Shown here piece after piece: positions 40,196 to 54,207 of a DNA stretch of 64,000 nucleotides (position 1 is its first letter; each line of letters opens with the position of its first letter). The notes beneath the pieces were generated by a model that made no database searches, was not told where the DNA came from, and worked only from the letters and a program-made list of their open reading frames with translations. The stretch comes from Takakia lepidozioides (taxonomy: Eukaryota > Plantae > Bryophyta): contig CM060732.1 of assembly GCA_030704615.1 (NCBI GenBank), forward strand, positions 62,930,001 through 62,994,000, in the 5' to 3' direction. The translations under genes and the position numbers were made by a program.

Positions 40196-40535
40196 TGGAT
40201 CTCAAAGACTATTGAGATCCAGGAACAAGGTGTGAAGAAGATCCTGAAATTGTGAGGCTTGACTGCTTTGCACCAGGGAATACGTGGTATCTACGCCAGT
40301 ACATGTGAACACCTTCTTGCCACGAGTTGGAGAGGCTTTCAAACTGAGTCCTCTCCTTAGGGGTGGACATGAGAATTGAGCTCGCAAATTTTGGGTCACT
40401 AAATCAAGAGCAGTTTTTAGTTGTGCGCACACGAATTAGATCAAACTTGCCAAATAGAGAGGTTCATTTGTAATTTCCACTCATATTTCTTAAATGACAG
40501 TGAGATGCTGCTAAAGATCTGGTATTTGGATGCAG

Positions 40536-41460
40536 GGCAAGCAATAAGGATGGAACATCTTTGGAAGGAATTCGTTTCAGGTCCTTCGAACTGGTGGCAC
40601 AACATGTTGAATAAGGTGAGGCTATCTTCACGAAGGGCATGAAACTAGGTTGTTCAAGGTTCTTAATAATTGAGGGATTATTAATACTTTGGTGGTTGTA
40701 GCCCTGGTCTATGTGAGGATGTGGTTGAAAATCGGTTGCTCGGTTACACACACATAGTTTTGACAGAAAAGTCCATTGAATCACCAGACTTCGGGCTCAA
40801 GCACACCAAGAAGGTCCTTTGGATTTAGACTTGGTCAAACTTTCCTCAGGTGAAGGCTGAGCTAGCTGTGATGATACAAGAACAATCTAGTGATGGTTCT
40901 AACATCAATATTGTACACATGGACCTCCTGAAAATGTCAGGTATCATGTCGATGGTGAAAATTTAATGGTTGCAGCTGAAACAGTATCCGGACAGTTTCT
41001 TGTCTAGCTGACCCATTAGTACACTACCCTGTGAAATTTAGCAGGGCCTCTCCTCAGAAGATGTCTTTCTTGGAATTATTAGGAGATTTGAGATATGTTG
41101 TGTAAATGAGGTAACTAAACGTTTTGGGAGACTGCAGGATGGCGGGGTTGAATTAGGTACAGTCCTGCATTGCAGATCACCCTGTAGTGGTAGGGTGGAT
41201 GCACATCTACAACCTCCACCGCCAAGAGAGGGAGTAAAAAAGAAGTGTGGGAATATGAGGACACTACGGAAGGCAGTTGTCGATCATGAATGACCTAGCA
41301 AAGGGAGAGCAGCTGCACACCCACATAATTGAAAATGGATCCAAGCCAAGCATCTTTCTGCTTGATATCCTTCTAAACATGTATCGCAAGTCTGGAAGTG
41401 TCGCGGAATACCTGATCGGGGGATGTTTACGTGGACCGTATTGAGAGCAACTTCATGCCA
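40536..41460 (+). pseudogene. Truncated PDF-PPR pseudogene (mirror of 14655-15280)
   Basis: 40536-40615 encodes QAIRMEHLWKEFVSGPSNWWHNMLNK|GTGAG. A degraded second PDF exon lies at ~40767-40940. CTGCAG|GATGGCGGGGTTGAAT at ~41138 is followed by a decayed first PPR motif. Confidence 0.75.
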
Positions 41461-42104
41461 AGCATGGCAATGGTGCCTCTGGCTGATTCTTTTTCTACAT
41501 TCTAATCCCAGTCTATGCACCTGGCCAAGAGATGCACTTGGGCTATGATGAAATGAGAACCCTTATACTTGCTTGTGTTTATTCTGGGCTTGGGGTGGAA
41601 AGTGAGAGTGGCCCAGGAGTACACAATCTTGGGAAAAATGAGACCAAGAACTTGGGATTTGATTGGTACTCTTACCACCATTGCTTTTCACTTTCAACAT
41701 TAGCATCCTCTCTGAGGTGCCTGCCTCTTCTACTGTCAGCACTGCCCTGTTGAGACCAAAAAGGCACCAGCATGTGTAAGTTGATAAGTACAGATACCTG
41801 ATAACGTGAAAGGGCCCCAGGACCCAAATGGTAAAAAAGAAGAATCTGGTGGGAGTCAGCTGCACGAGGTCCTCACTAGGTTTAGGGTCTTTTTAAGCAG
41901 GTGGGTATAACTTCAAGACCAAGGAGACTTAGGGCAAACCAGCTTGCTGGGCCTGCAACACCCAAGAACATGTCACGAACCCCACAGGGAGACCCGCCAC
42001 ATCAGGGTTACATGGGTTACATAGGGTTTAATGTGTTACAGAGGGTTACATGGATTACATGGGGTGAGGGTTACACCCGACAGAGTTAGAGAGGGTTATA
42101 TGGG

Positions 42105-42422
42105 CTCAGAATTTTGTAATGAGGCCGGTCAGACTGCGTCAAGGACTTAGAGTAGTTACACACTACCTCCATGGAGGTAGTTGTAGTCAGCTCCTACCAC
42201 ATGAACCACTTTCAGGGTATGGAACCCAAGACCTACACCGCCACATCGCGATCAACCTACCACCAGACCACAACCTCCACCGTGCCAACAAGATGTAGTT
42301 TTTTTTATATATAAAAGAAATGAGGAATAGGGATTGTTTTAATGTAGCGGGACCCGCTGTTAGGTCCTTGTCCCCTATGCACCCTGCGGCCTCATTACAA
42401 GGAGGCCACACAAAATTCTGAG
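42105..42422. mobile_element. MITE-like insertion
   Basis: Terminal inverted repeats CTCAGAATTTTGT...ACAAAATTCTGAG, plus internal TGTAATGAGGCC/GGCCTCATTACA. Confidence 0.6.
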
Positions 42423-43094
42423 GCGGTTATATGGGGTACATAGGGTTACATCTATGGGATTACATGGTGGCGAGGGTTACATCCAACGAAGTTACAGAGG
42501 GCTACATGGGTTGCAGAGGGTTACATTGGATTACATGTGGTGAGGGTTATAGTCGACGGAGTTATAGAGGGTTACTTGGGGGTTACACGGAGGTGAGGTT
42601 TACAAGGGGGTGAGGGTTACACGGGGCGTGGGTTACAGGGGTTATAGAGGGTTACATTGGATACGAAGGGTTACAGAAGGTTACATGGGGCTACATGGGT
42701 TACGTGGAGTTACATTGGTTGCAGAGGGTTATATAGGATTACATGCGGTGAGGGTTACACTCGACGGAGTTACAGAGGGTTATATGGAGTGAGGGTTACA
42801 CTGCCGGACAATCCTTTGGGATTTGCCATACTGGAAGGTGCATGAATCCCCCCCCCCTTCAGTCACTTTCTTTCACATTGTGCTTCTTGGAATTACCTTT
42901 ACTGTCAGGAGTCCTTCCACCAACTCCTAAGTCAGTGTAACTACTATGCAGTTGATGTTGAAGTCGTATACCTCACTGTGGAGAGGATCGTGCAGTTGTT
43001 GAAAGCAGAATGTAGTAACATGGACAACTTCTGCCACATATTCTATTATTTTTGCCCATAGAACTTGGTCTCATGGGAGGACATTTGGCATTTC

Positions 43095-43345
43095 AGAACC
43101 TCTTGCAGCGGTACCTCCTGGACCCCATGCATTGTGAGAAGAACTTCTGTGAAAACATTCTAAAGACTATCTTTGGGGAGAAGGATACGATAAACGTACG
43201 AAAGGACATGGAGATTGAAGGGATACGGTCACATCTGTGGCTAAGGCCTGATCCAAATAGACCAGGCAAAGTGCTCATGCCAGCAGCATCATATGTCCTG
43301 ACCAAATCAGAGCAAGAGGATTTTTTGAAGACATTGGGCGGGATT
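43095..43345 (+). mobile_element. CACTA/En-Spm transposase (TnpD) fragment
   Basis: LQRYLLDPMHCEKNFCENILKTIFGEKDTINVRKDME...RSHLW...MPAASYVLTKSEQEDFLKTL matches the LDVMHIEKN...KD...R.DL region of En/Spm transposases. Confidence 0.85.
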
Positions 43346-44054
43346 ACATAACATTAGGGTACATGGGTTACATGGGTTACATACAAAGTGCACTGAGTGC
43401 CACCCAAATGATTGTGGGGTCAAATCTTGCTATTGACGGGTGTGGTATGTTCCTGAGTGGTGTCCCATTCCTACGCCTCATGGCGGGGTTACTGTGAAAG
43501 AGGTTATTTTCTATTCTCACTATTAAGGGGCCTGATTTGGTTGAGGGTTACACCCAGCGGAGTTACAAAGTGTTACATGGGGTGACATGATGCGGGGTTA
43601 CATAGAGTTAGGGTTACGTGGTGGTGGGTTACACTCGGCGGAGGCACAGTTTATTCCCACAATTGAATTTATTTAATGATGTGAAGTAAAAAATGCATGA
43701 TATAAATCGGGCTATGGGGCCTTTAAAGCGTTGAACTTCATTTTGTCGCTTGCCATCTATAATGAGTATGCATTGCAAGTAGTTTTCTCTAAAATTTCCT
43801 AATCAAACTCATTGAGTTATGAATTTATTGTTCTAGATCCTTAAAGCTGCACATGTATCATCACTGGAAAGTTACATATATATAACATTTCAATCGATAT
43901 CATCCCAGAATACAACCACTAATACATCCATAAATATGGGCTTTTTAGGGGGCAACACAACAACATTAAACATCTTAGGAGATGATTGTTGAAATAATTA
44001 AAACTCGGTATGTCCAACACGGCCAAATGATATTACAATTGATTCAATAGAGTA

Positions 44055-44235
44055 GAAAATAAAATAAAATGGACCCGTTGCCGAAGCAAGCGTAACTTAT
44101 GGTGTCACTTGACCCAAAGGGCTACTGCCTTCTTGTAGGAAGGTGAACACCTTTGTAACAACCAACAGGGTGGTTTGAACCCACAACCACTCGTAAGAGG
44201 GTATATGCCCTTACCACTGGCTACATGTTGGTTCT
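44055..44235 (-). mobile_element. tRNA-derived SINE with T-rich tail (family 2)
   Basis: Minus-strand A box TAGCCAGTGG and B box GGTTCAAACC. TSD TTCAATAGAGTA at 44043 and 44236. Confidence 0.75.
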
Positions 44236-44974
44236 TTCAATAGAGTAATATTCTTATAAATATCCCCACTAAGGATATTTCTCATTGGCGAACTGGTATT
44301 TATCTAGATCCTTTAATGAAAGAGTGATCTTTAACAAATAATATTTACTTTTGTAAATACAGTGAAGTAGACAAAAGTAAGTATCCAAGTTCGGCACTTA
44401 CTTTATCTGTAATTGTTCAATTCATCTTATTGAGCAGTGTTTCTATGCACTTATATAATATATATATGTAGTATTGTACATGGTACTTTTGATTATCACT
44501 AGTGAGATGATGATTGGTTTTTACGGTACAATATTCATGGGGCTCTCACCAGCTTCAGATAATGGCATTTGGGCTCCCTATCCAATTAGGAACAAAATAT
44601 TACCGGTCTGATCATATATATATATATATGCATGCCGTATTTTTAGGGGTATCGTTACTTGTCTTTAAGCATACATTCTTATAAATATTTATTTTAAACT
44701 GCTAAGTATTGCATGTAAAACATTGTCATAAAACAGATCATTAAACTGTTTATGGATAGATTGATGAATTTTCTTCACTGTAAATATTTGTTTGGCTTAA
44801 TATTATATATTTTAAAATAATGATATGGAGACAATTATATTGATAATATATTCTGATTTTTAGGATTTTATATCTGATTGATCATTAGCTCATTTCAGCA
44901 ATTACTCTTAAAACATGCTTATAAACATTAATTAGCTTGATCATCTGAATTTTACCTAATATTTGAGCTTTTGG

Positions 44975-47900
44975 TTATTGCAGATGTGATCGACAATCCT
45001 TATCTTCCATCCATCCAATCCGTTTGAGTTCATTATCATATATAAATACATGGTTTCGCATCAAATAAGCTACAACTTCCACAAACACTATGTTTAAATT
45101 TTAAATTAATATCAATACATTAAATGACCGTATTATATTATATGAACCTTCACATGCAACGGCAATATTTAATTGTTTTTAAAAGAAACTTTGGTAGCTC
45201 TTGTAACTTACTACCATTGTATGCATTTGGATTCACTATATCATATATATATATATGATTTTGCATCATGTGAGGTAAGAGAATTATTAAAACTCTATAA
45301 ATGTAAATTTTTTACTAAACGATGAACACCTATATATATCAATTTTTCTGATTAACATCAAAAACTATCATATTGAATATGCTTAAGTTTATTTTTGAGC
45401 AGTATTGTAGTTAGAATTATATTATGTTTTGCTTCTTAAGATGAATGTATAAATACCTCCAAAATAATTAAAAGTTGTGGCGTCAATGGCAGGGCGAATA
45501 AGGAGACAAGCCATAAAATTTCCATCCTACATTAGATCAGAATACTAGTAGATACGCATGGACTTCCTCATTCTATTCAATGCAAAGATCTTTTTATGAC
45601 ATGCCAGTTACTTTTCTTTTCATAAAAAAGACGTTGCCGAAGCAAGCTTAACCTATGGTGTCATTTGGGCTTCTAATCGCAGCATTTTTTTCTCTAGCAA
45701 AACATCGCTAGATTTCGACTTGGAAATTGGGCCAGCTACTTGTACAATTATGGGGGATAAAATCCAAAAATCTCACCAAAAAGTAGAACTATCTGATCGG
45801 GAGCCTGATTTTGATAATGTGGATCAGTTAAAACATGCCACCTAGTATATAGCCGCTTTTCTAACCTGGCCACCCCTTATTCTCGCCACATGGGCGTTGG
45901 ATAGAATTCACATCTTGCGATTTTGGGTCAAAAATGAAAGAAATAAAAACACATCTAGTGGGAAGGTGGACACCTTTATGACATCCAACATGTGGTTTGA
46001 ACCCACAACCATTGGTGAGGTGGTTTGTGCCCTTACCTCATGGCTATACATTTAGGATATATGCTGGACAAACAACATCAACATATGGAGTCTTTGGATT
46101 TTTAAACCCGATACACATATGAGTAATATTTATAATTAAGACGGACAACCAATATTTAGCCCATGGGAAAGAGATCGGAATGTGCCAAAGGCAGCATTGT
46201 CTAACTGATTGTTGAAGTGGGAATGGCTTGGATAGGTGCCCATTTATTTTAAATTAACCCCTAAAGGACGAGCTAACTTTTTGGACTTTTTGACAAAACA
46301 GGTATATACCCTCTCTAAATTCGCTGTAACTACCTAACCACTGACATCCACGTGGATGAACCGTACGAGTGCATCCCTACTGACATCATGAATGACGTGG
46401 AAAAATTACTGGACTTTTGACCGTTGTATTTGGGAGATTATAACAAAATAAAAAGGCCTAAATTGTGAAAATGCAAAACACCTAGTGACAAAAATGGGTA
46501 ATTGGCATTTTCCAGATTTTTCCTGAGTGAATGGGTTCCAGATTCTGAATTTGGGCCAGTGAAGGAGTATGGGCAAAATTAGAGGGGTGCTTTGTATGTG
46601 AAGCAGGGGGGGGTATAATTCATTCCAAGTTGCTCCGCCCAGCTGAGGGCTTCCAAATGCCCTGAAATAGGGACTTGCCAGGAAATTCCCACCGTCGCTC
46701 TTTGAAGCACTCCACTGCAAAGGCCTCTGCAAAAACAATTTGGGATTTGGAGGAAGGTTCATAAATGGATGGGGAAAAGAGTGGATTTTCCGGCCAACGG
46801 CAAAGCAGGGTTTCTGGTGCCGGGAACGTGCCGGGAACAATGGTTTGACCTGCCAGCTGTGCAAATCCGGGGGTTCCGTGCCCGGTCAACGGGCGTGGCC
46901 ACCCCCTGCACCACACAAAATGGCGAAACCCTGCCACGCCATAAATTCTAGCATGCAGAGAATTCATTGAATTCCTAAATTTTTTGCTGCAGCGTCTGGA
47001 TGGGCTACAGAATTCGTTCAGGCCGCATCTCCATCGAATGTCATCCGACGGAGATACGCCCTCCCCTGCAAAAACGATGCGATCCGAATCAGGTCGGGTC
47101 GTCGTTTAAGGGTTAACAAAGTGATTGATACTTGACATAATTCTTTTGAAAGGCTAATGTTTGCAATTTCCGTATATTGTACTTTGTCGAACTTCTCAAA
47201 GTCTAACAACAGTAACATCGAAACTTGATTTGTGTTTTTATACATAGATTCTGTATGAGTCTCCTGCTCTCCCAAATCTTTTTTTATCTCACCATAAAAG
47301 CAAAAAAAATCTTCATTGGCTTCAATTACGGGAAAGGATCCGACATCAAATGAAATTGCCATCCACACAACTTGCTTCTGAACTACATGGGCAAGAGAAG
47401 GTCCCTTATGCGACAGCTCTTCGCCAGACTCTTCCAAGCAAATCCCACTCTGAAACACCCGCCTATGAGGTTGGTCCCGATCGGTTCAAAGAATTGACAT
47501 CAGTTGGCTCCACATCAAAGTGGTCAAAATGTGACTTCACTATTGCTATTGAAGAATATTCCCACTATCTTAAATTGTGGCATTACTCTCCCGGGTGTCC
47601 TATCATGGACCTCAGATTTTCCATGGAGTCAAGGACTCTTGGTGACTAAGGCAACTTTGACCTTGCCTAGTTTCTCTTCGTTTGTCCAATGGATGTATTT
47701 TCCCTCTTGTTGCTACAAGTTCATTGTTAGGCCTCCACCATTGGGCAGTTATTTTCTGGTGGTAGTTGGCATTGGCCTTCTAGTGGCCTCAATTGCTTAA
47801 ATGAAAAATAAAAATAAAAAATCTAGTAAGGTGAATAATATCATATATTTCCTACATTAATACATAATTCATTTTCACTTAGAAGAGTAGTTGTGCAGAA

Positions 47901-50900
47901 TTATAAAAGATAGGAAAAAGAAATTGAGGGTTGCATTTTTCAGACCAATAGTTGTTTGTTTTCTTAGTTTCCATGCTTCTTCCCTTTACGGTTTCAAGTA
48001 TGTATGTCTTGGAGGTATTAATTTTTTTTCCCTCAAATAACTCCAAGTAAAACTGTTGTATCTCTTTTTCCCGCCCTTACCCAACAAAAGACGAATAAAT
48101 ATGTTAAGGGTATCTAGTATCTACCATACAGTGAATGGTTTAACCATTTACCAGTTTTGTATATACGTTCATATATACGGTGGGATCAATTTCCAAAGTT
48201 CCTCCATCCTCAAAGTGTAAAGTTATAAAATTCAAATCATAGTTAAGGCCGTTGCTGTGTCAAACTGAAATATTAGTATTTTATACTATAGATGATATTA
48301 CAGATATTAAAATTGGACTTCATCTTTAAATATAATATCTATTTGTAGCACATGAAATAAGATCATGAAAGGAAGACCACAATGTAGTAGCCAAGGTTGA
48401 ACTTACGACCACAAAGATTGCAGTATGCATTGTGCAACCACTCATTGATCAGAGATCATTAACTTACTGTATAAAATCCCAACAAGTTTGAGGTCCTGTC
48501 TCTTTCGTGTCAGTGATTTCACTTAATGATACTGATCTTGCTAAAATGTCACGTTGTACCTGTTTTCAAAAAACATATTGAAGAATATTATTATATATCA
48601 TTATTATTCTATACATTGTAACCTCACTAAAGATACAAACATGTAGACCACTTATAAATCAAAGCACTCTTAGGTATGGGCCCTAACTACACTGTTCCTG
48701 TTACATGTCATATTATTTCTGAGAAACTACCGTAGAGTCCTTCGATGTCCCGAGTTTAGTATTTTCAAATTTTGCTTGTCTGAAATATTCAGAAAAGCAA
48801 TGACCTCAATGTCGTAGCGATAATGAATTCCGTGTAAGCGTTATCCTCTAGAAGATATACCCTAATTACCTCCCTAGAGGTAATTTACATGCATATGACC
48901 AACTTGTTCAAAAATTGTAAAACTTTAAATTTAGGTGCCGGACCTACTTTCTCTGAAATAATTAAATATTCAGCAGCAATGCGCCGAAGGACTCTATGGT
49001 ACTTACCACAGAAATCAGCATATCATAGGTTTCTTGATCAAGATGGCAAAATGTTGTACCGGTATCAAACAAAAGAAGTTGATACTTGCTGGTTATAGTT
49101 ATGATATCATTTCCATATTGTATATGTGAAAGTCGTGCTATGTGAAGGTCTGACACGCTGCACAAATATTTAAGTATACATTGGGTCAATTGATACCGTA
49201 ATTTACGCTTGTTTTGGCCACGTGTCCACAATTATATTTATTTAAGCATACATATTAAATGTGTTATTTTTAAACTTCGGATTATCATCAATTAGTGAAC
49301 AAAAGAAAAAAATGCATATATCATCTTATAAAGAAGAATACAATGGGAAAAACTTAAACATGCTACAATAAATAAGTCTTATAAATTCAAAAATTCTCAA
49401 TATTTATATGATATATGTTTATCAAAATATGCAATTCTCATATATGAGTTAGTTCTTACGATGGACTTTCATGAACTAAATTGGTCCAAACTACTTGTTG
49501 TCTTCTTGCAATAATATGATTTCCAATAAATAGATAACCCGATGGCTCAAATTGTGGATTATTGCTGAAGCAATGGCCGAGTATATTCTTTCCAACAATA
49601 CCATATAATTTTAATTGTGCAGGTAGTGCATGGTTGGATCCACTTAGGCCAAGCATTCCATCTTTTTCAATCATGTCAGGGTCACCTTCGATACCCGGAT
49701 TTTGTCGAAGCCCACATCTGTTGATGTGAGTAAGTTAGTCATTAATTATACAAAGTTATTGAAATTTAATTAGAAAATAAGTTACTTTTATTTTATTTTA
49801 TTTTATTTTCCCAAAGGTATTCGTCATTTAGTTTATTAGAGGGGAAAAATTAAACCCCATTGATGCCATAAGGCATAAAACACATCCATTGGAGGAAAGA
49901 GGAGCCCAAACGAAAGCAAGAGAGACCGCCGTAATGGCGAAAGCCTCGAAGTTACCACGAAAGCAGATAGATGCACTACCATTGTCGGCCAGACCCCCAC
50001 TCCACCTAATGATGCTAGAATGCATGAATGCAAGTAAGAGAAATGAGAAGGACCCTATAACGTAACCGCCTGCCTACTATTAGCGCAGCGGATGCATGCA
50101 GGCGACTTGGATGGAGGAGGAAACATGAGCTCAACATGAGGCCGTCATTTGTCGGAATTCACCTCGTTTCCCTTTGAGGTGCCTCCAGTTAATATCAATT
50201 TTAACTATCATTTATAATTGAAAGGAAAAACATTCATTCCGCATGAGATCTTGTAACATCAAGAATAAAAATGTCTTTAACAATATTTATGACAATTGGA
50301 TCTATGGTATACGATATTTACCCCAAATAAATATGAAGTGACAAATCTTTTTGGTTAGCTAGATGATCAATAATGTCTAAAGTAATAACATCTCTCATCA
50401 TATAGCCAAAAGAATGGTAACCATCCCCATAATGAGCTTCATATCCACAGGAGTAAGACGAATTTGCATCACAATCAAAGTGAGCTGTTTTTGAATTAAT
50501 TGCCCATTGTAGTTTTTGACAATTTGAGTCAGTTCGGCAATTCACCATATTAGATAAGGTCGGTTTGTACAATTCATGTGATCCCTATAAATAAAATGTT
50601 ATTTTATTATATGTTCAAACAGAGATATTATAATAAGATTTATGTAATGGTATTTCAACAAGCCATTATCCATGTCTGAGGCCCTTGGGTAAAATAAAAC
50701 CTATATGTACATTATTTGATACATTTTAAGATGTTTTGGACATAGACCATATGTAAACGTACTTTAATGGCACAAAAAGGATATTCCATATTGGACCAAT
50801 GCTTCCACTCGGAATAATACCAACAACATTTCATCCAAGTAAGAGCACTCCCAGTATCTACTAATAGATGATATATCTTCAGATCGATTATCACTTTGGC

Positions 50901-51221
50901 ATAGTATGATGTTCTCGGTTTTCCATGGATGCTCATGATGGCTGCGTTGTTAATACTACTAAACATCATTCTGTATTGAGCTTTGCTTTTATCCACAAGT
51001 GCATTTGAAATTTGGATCGACTCACTACTAGGATAATTACTATATAGTGGAAAAGTAATAAAAGCTCCAGAGTCATATGAATCTGGCAACAAGACTAGTC
51101 TTATGTTTATTTGCCACAATAAGATAATTATTATACATAATAAGACAATTGTTGTTTGCACCCATTGCAGCTTTGTCCAAGCTATACGAATATTACGGTG
51201 TAACTTAGGCACGATTGTCAT
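44975..51221 (-). CDS. A1-family (pepsin-like, APCB1/nucellin-like) aspartic protease with N-terminal membrane anchor, 8 exons, ~496 aa
   Basis: Exons 50763-51221, 50322-50584, 49460-49717, 49007-49157, 48468-48559, 48152-48254, 45457-45526 and 44975-45069 join in phase with GT-AG. Motifs: VDTGSALTW, YGDG, GMLGL, GHCFS, FDTGTT, YDNELKRIGW..C. Confidence 0.88.
46258..47112. mobile_element. Non-autonomous piggyBac-like element (TTAA-flanked) in a protease intron
   Basis: TTAA|CCCCTAAAGGACGA ... TCGTCGTTTAAGGG|TTAA, a 12/14 terminal inverted repeat. Confidence 0.6.
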
Positions 51222-52299
51222 CCTCTAGTATAGTTCCACAATAACAAAGTATTAGAGTGAGTTGATTTGTTTTGATATTAAACAAAATATGATACAACTT
51301 ACTATTGTAAATTATAATTAAATTCATGATTTTATCTTCATTTCACATGTAGTGAGTTGTACGTAATATATTGATTATGATACATTATACCATGAATCAT
51401 TCCGTGCGAACATCATCTATTATCACTACTAAATTATATCAAATCTCTAATTATTTTGGTAGATTCCTTACAAACTGAGATTTGGGTTTTTTAATGTAAT
51501 ATTATCACCACATTTGAATTATTTGGTGAGAATGTACACACTGAAAATAAATAAGTACAATAGTTTATCAATATTGACATCCAATTATTGTTCCTTTAAA
51601 ATCACTGAGTTTTAATGAAAATATTATGAACCCAAGCAGATCTCAATATTTGAGGTCATGATTGAATTGCACACCGTGTAATTTGGACGTGGAAACTTCC
51701 TCCAACGAGCGGCAGCCTGTTGCGTGGATATTACACCCCCCTCCATTTGAAGCTAAAATTGCACAAAATTATATATTTTTATGAGCATTAAACACATTTA
51801 ATTATATTCATGGCAAAGAATCCAATTGACTAATCAGTCTAATCAAAACTAATATGTTGAGCATTCTAAAATTTAAGAAACGAAGTGGTTAGGAAGTATG
51901 TGATGGTATTAGATATCAAGAGGTGGAGTTTACTCTTGAAAATGTGCTATACAAATTAGGGGTGTTTTAAAATAAAAATGCTCATTTTCAATATTTCCAT
52001 ATAAGAGGATATATGTAATTTAAAATGTCTTCCAATATAATCCTACACAAATTCTAGTGAGGACTTAAAAGTCGGGAACTAGTTTTAGTGTAGAGTAGGA
52101 ATAGGGCCCCCTAAAGTGCCATGTCATCGTAGTCCACATCAATGTCATTTTTTTGGATCTGCCCGAATTACCCAGAAAAAACCACAAAAAATGAATGATT
52201 TCAAGAAAATTATTTTTGTCAAATCTGCTCTTATACTATATATATATATATATATATATAACATATATAATTAATTTTAGCTAGAAGGGGACGGAGCCC

Positions 52300-53000
52300 A
52301 TTACTTATTTTAAAGTGAGGAAAAAATAACATAGAAGGCCATAAGGAGTACAGGGCAAGGCCACTTCAGGACCCATAGAACCAAAACACCCCTAAAACAA
52401 GTGAGCAAACAGTAACGCAACCTTGTGGTCAACAAGAACAGAAATCAGAGATCACGAAGCAAAGGAAGAACTAGCTTGTAGCCCTAAGCGGCTCGAAATT
52501 TAGATGACATGCTTAATACTGGAGCTCCTATTTCGCCAATTAATCTCATCATCCCACTCCCTTGGCAAGGGCCCATGACTAGGCGAATGGGGGCCCAGAT
52601 TGTATCCAAGTCTGAGTAACCAGAGCAGAGGATCCCTCGCCATCCGTCCAAATCCTTGATGAGTTGGGTGTGATTTCCTTGAGTACATTTGCTTAAAGCT
52701 GCAACCAAAACCTCCCAGGCATTGTGCTCCTCAGTAAGTAAATTAAGGTAGATATGCGCTGAAGGGTCGCTTAGATGGAAGGAAAAGCCGTTGAGTACAA
52801 GTAAGCACAATGAGTCTTCCATACCTGCCACAACGTGAGAAAGCGAAGGCAAACCCAAATGGCACAATTCTTCCAGAGTTGGCCATTATGAAGATTAAAA
52901 AGATACTAAATTCCAAGAAGAGTACAGTCTGATTTTAGACCATATGAAAATAGCAGAATGCAAAAACCTCAAGTAACCGCATGTATTGGGCAGTTCTTTA
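52300..53000 (-). mobile_element. Possible degraded LINE 3' fragment
   Basis: GC-richer decayed ORF-like segment next to a (TA)n tract. No diagnostic motif was firmly recognised. Confidence 0.25.
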
Positions 53001-53102
53001 AGAGGTGTTTTGCTTGGTTATTTGAATGCGTGACCTCCGCCGGTTCCTAACTGGACCCGTTACTTCATTTTTTCACCTCCACCGGTCATATATACATATA
53101 AC

Positions 53103-53271
53103 CGGAACAACCAACATGTAGCACAATGGTAAGGGCATATACCCTCTTACGAGTGGTTGTGGGTTCAAACCACCTCGTTGGTTGTTACAAAGGTATCCAC
53201 CTTCCTATCGGAAAGCAGTAGCCCTTCGACACCATAAGTTACGCTTGCTTCGGCAACGCGTCCACCCTTTT
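53103..53271 (+). mobile_element. tRNA-derived SINE with T tail (family 2)
   Basis: CCAACATGTAGCACAATGGTAAGGGC...GGGTTCAAACC...GCAACGCGTCCACCCTTTTT. TSD TACATATAAC at 53093 and 53272. Homologous to 44055-44235. Confidence 0.75.
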
Positions 53272-54207
53272 TACATATAACTGATAGGTAACCACCGGGT
53301 ATTAGAGAGAAATTCAAATAATGGCCCAACACTGGTCATTACGACGTGGCTACCGAAAATTTGCGGGCATTTACACACGTAAGGTCTAGGAAATATCTTA
53401 TTACACACATAAGGCATCACCTTACAGGCGTACCTGGATGTAAGGCAAGAAATTACGGGAATAAGGGGGCCTTTATTTACACCAAAATTTCCCACGCCGG
53501 TTTTTAGGTATTAGGTACAAGTCCTGCATCAAGGACTTTAGCTCATGTTAAAAAACTCAAAATATTTTTTGAACCGTCGATGTCTTTTTGGACGGTTCAG
53601 ATCTGATTATGGCGATAAGCCCATGGGCTTCACCCCGTAACCATGAACACCCAGAGGAGAATTGGCAATTAGTTATGCCGGTCCATTGACCGGAGTCTTC
53701 TCTTTGAAAACCTAGGGAAATTATGAAATTGAACACCCTCTAAAAATACACTGGAAATATATTTGGAGGTTTTTACGTAAGAGGTAAAGCCCTGGCCCAG
53801 GACTTTCCTGGATTTGAGACGCCTGTCCCCAGGGCAGGGGTAAAAAATCAAGGAAAGTCCAAGGGCGACGGCTTTGACTTTCGTAAAGAACAAAGCTGCC
53901 CGTTTCTGAAACTGCCTGTTTCTCCTCTGCATTGCCACTAGGGTTTCATTTTCACGTCATTGTAGCTCGCTGCCCAAGTTTGAAAATCGTCTGCCCACAT
54001 TAAGAATAAAATATGCCAGCCTGTCAGGGGACAGAACCCCTAATCTGGGATTACAGCCCTCGTCCCCGGGCAAAAACCTGTAATCACGTGCCATGGAAAA
54101 TTCCTGTCAGGGAAGCCCTAATTTTAACAAAGCCAATAAATCCGAAGGTTTTTATGGTTGTGTAAGGTGGTCCAAAAGAAAGACGGTAGGAAGGCGAGAG
54201 CTATTAA

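Larger units (their letters stand above)
42004..43640. repeat. Degenerate GGGTTACA(T/G) minisatellite-like region
   Basis: Dozens of GGGTTACA, GGGTTATA and GGATTACA units, interrupted by inserts. Confidence 0.85.

Noticed and set aside
42004-43640. Interstitial telomere
   Set aside because: Units are GGGTTACA with irregular spacers, not tandem TTTAGGG or TTAGGG.
47018-47800. ORFs of 146, 99 and 98 aa
   Set aside because: They lie within the protease intron and show no identifiable motifs.
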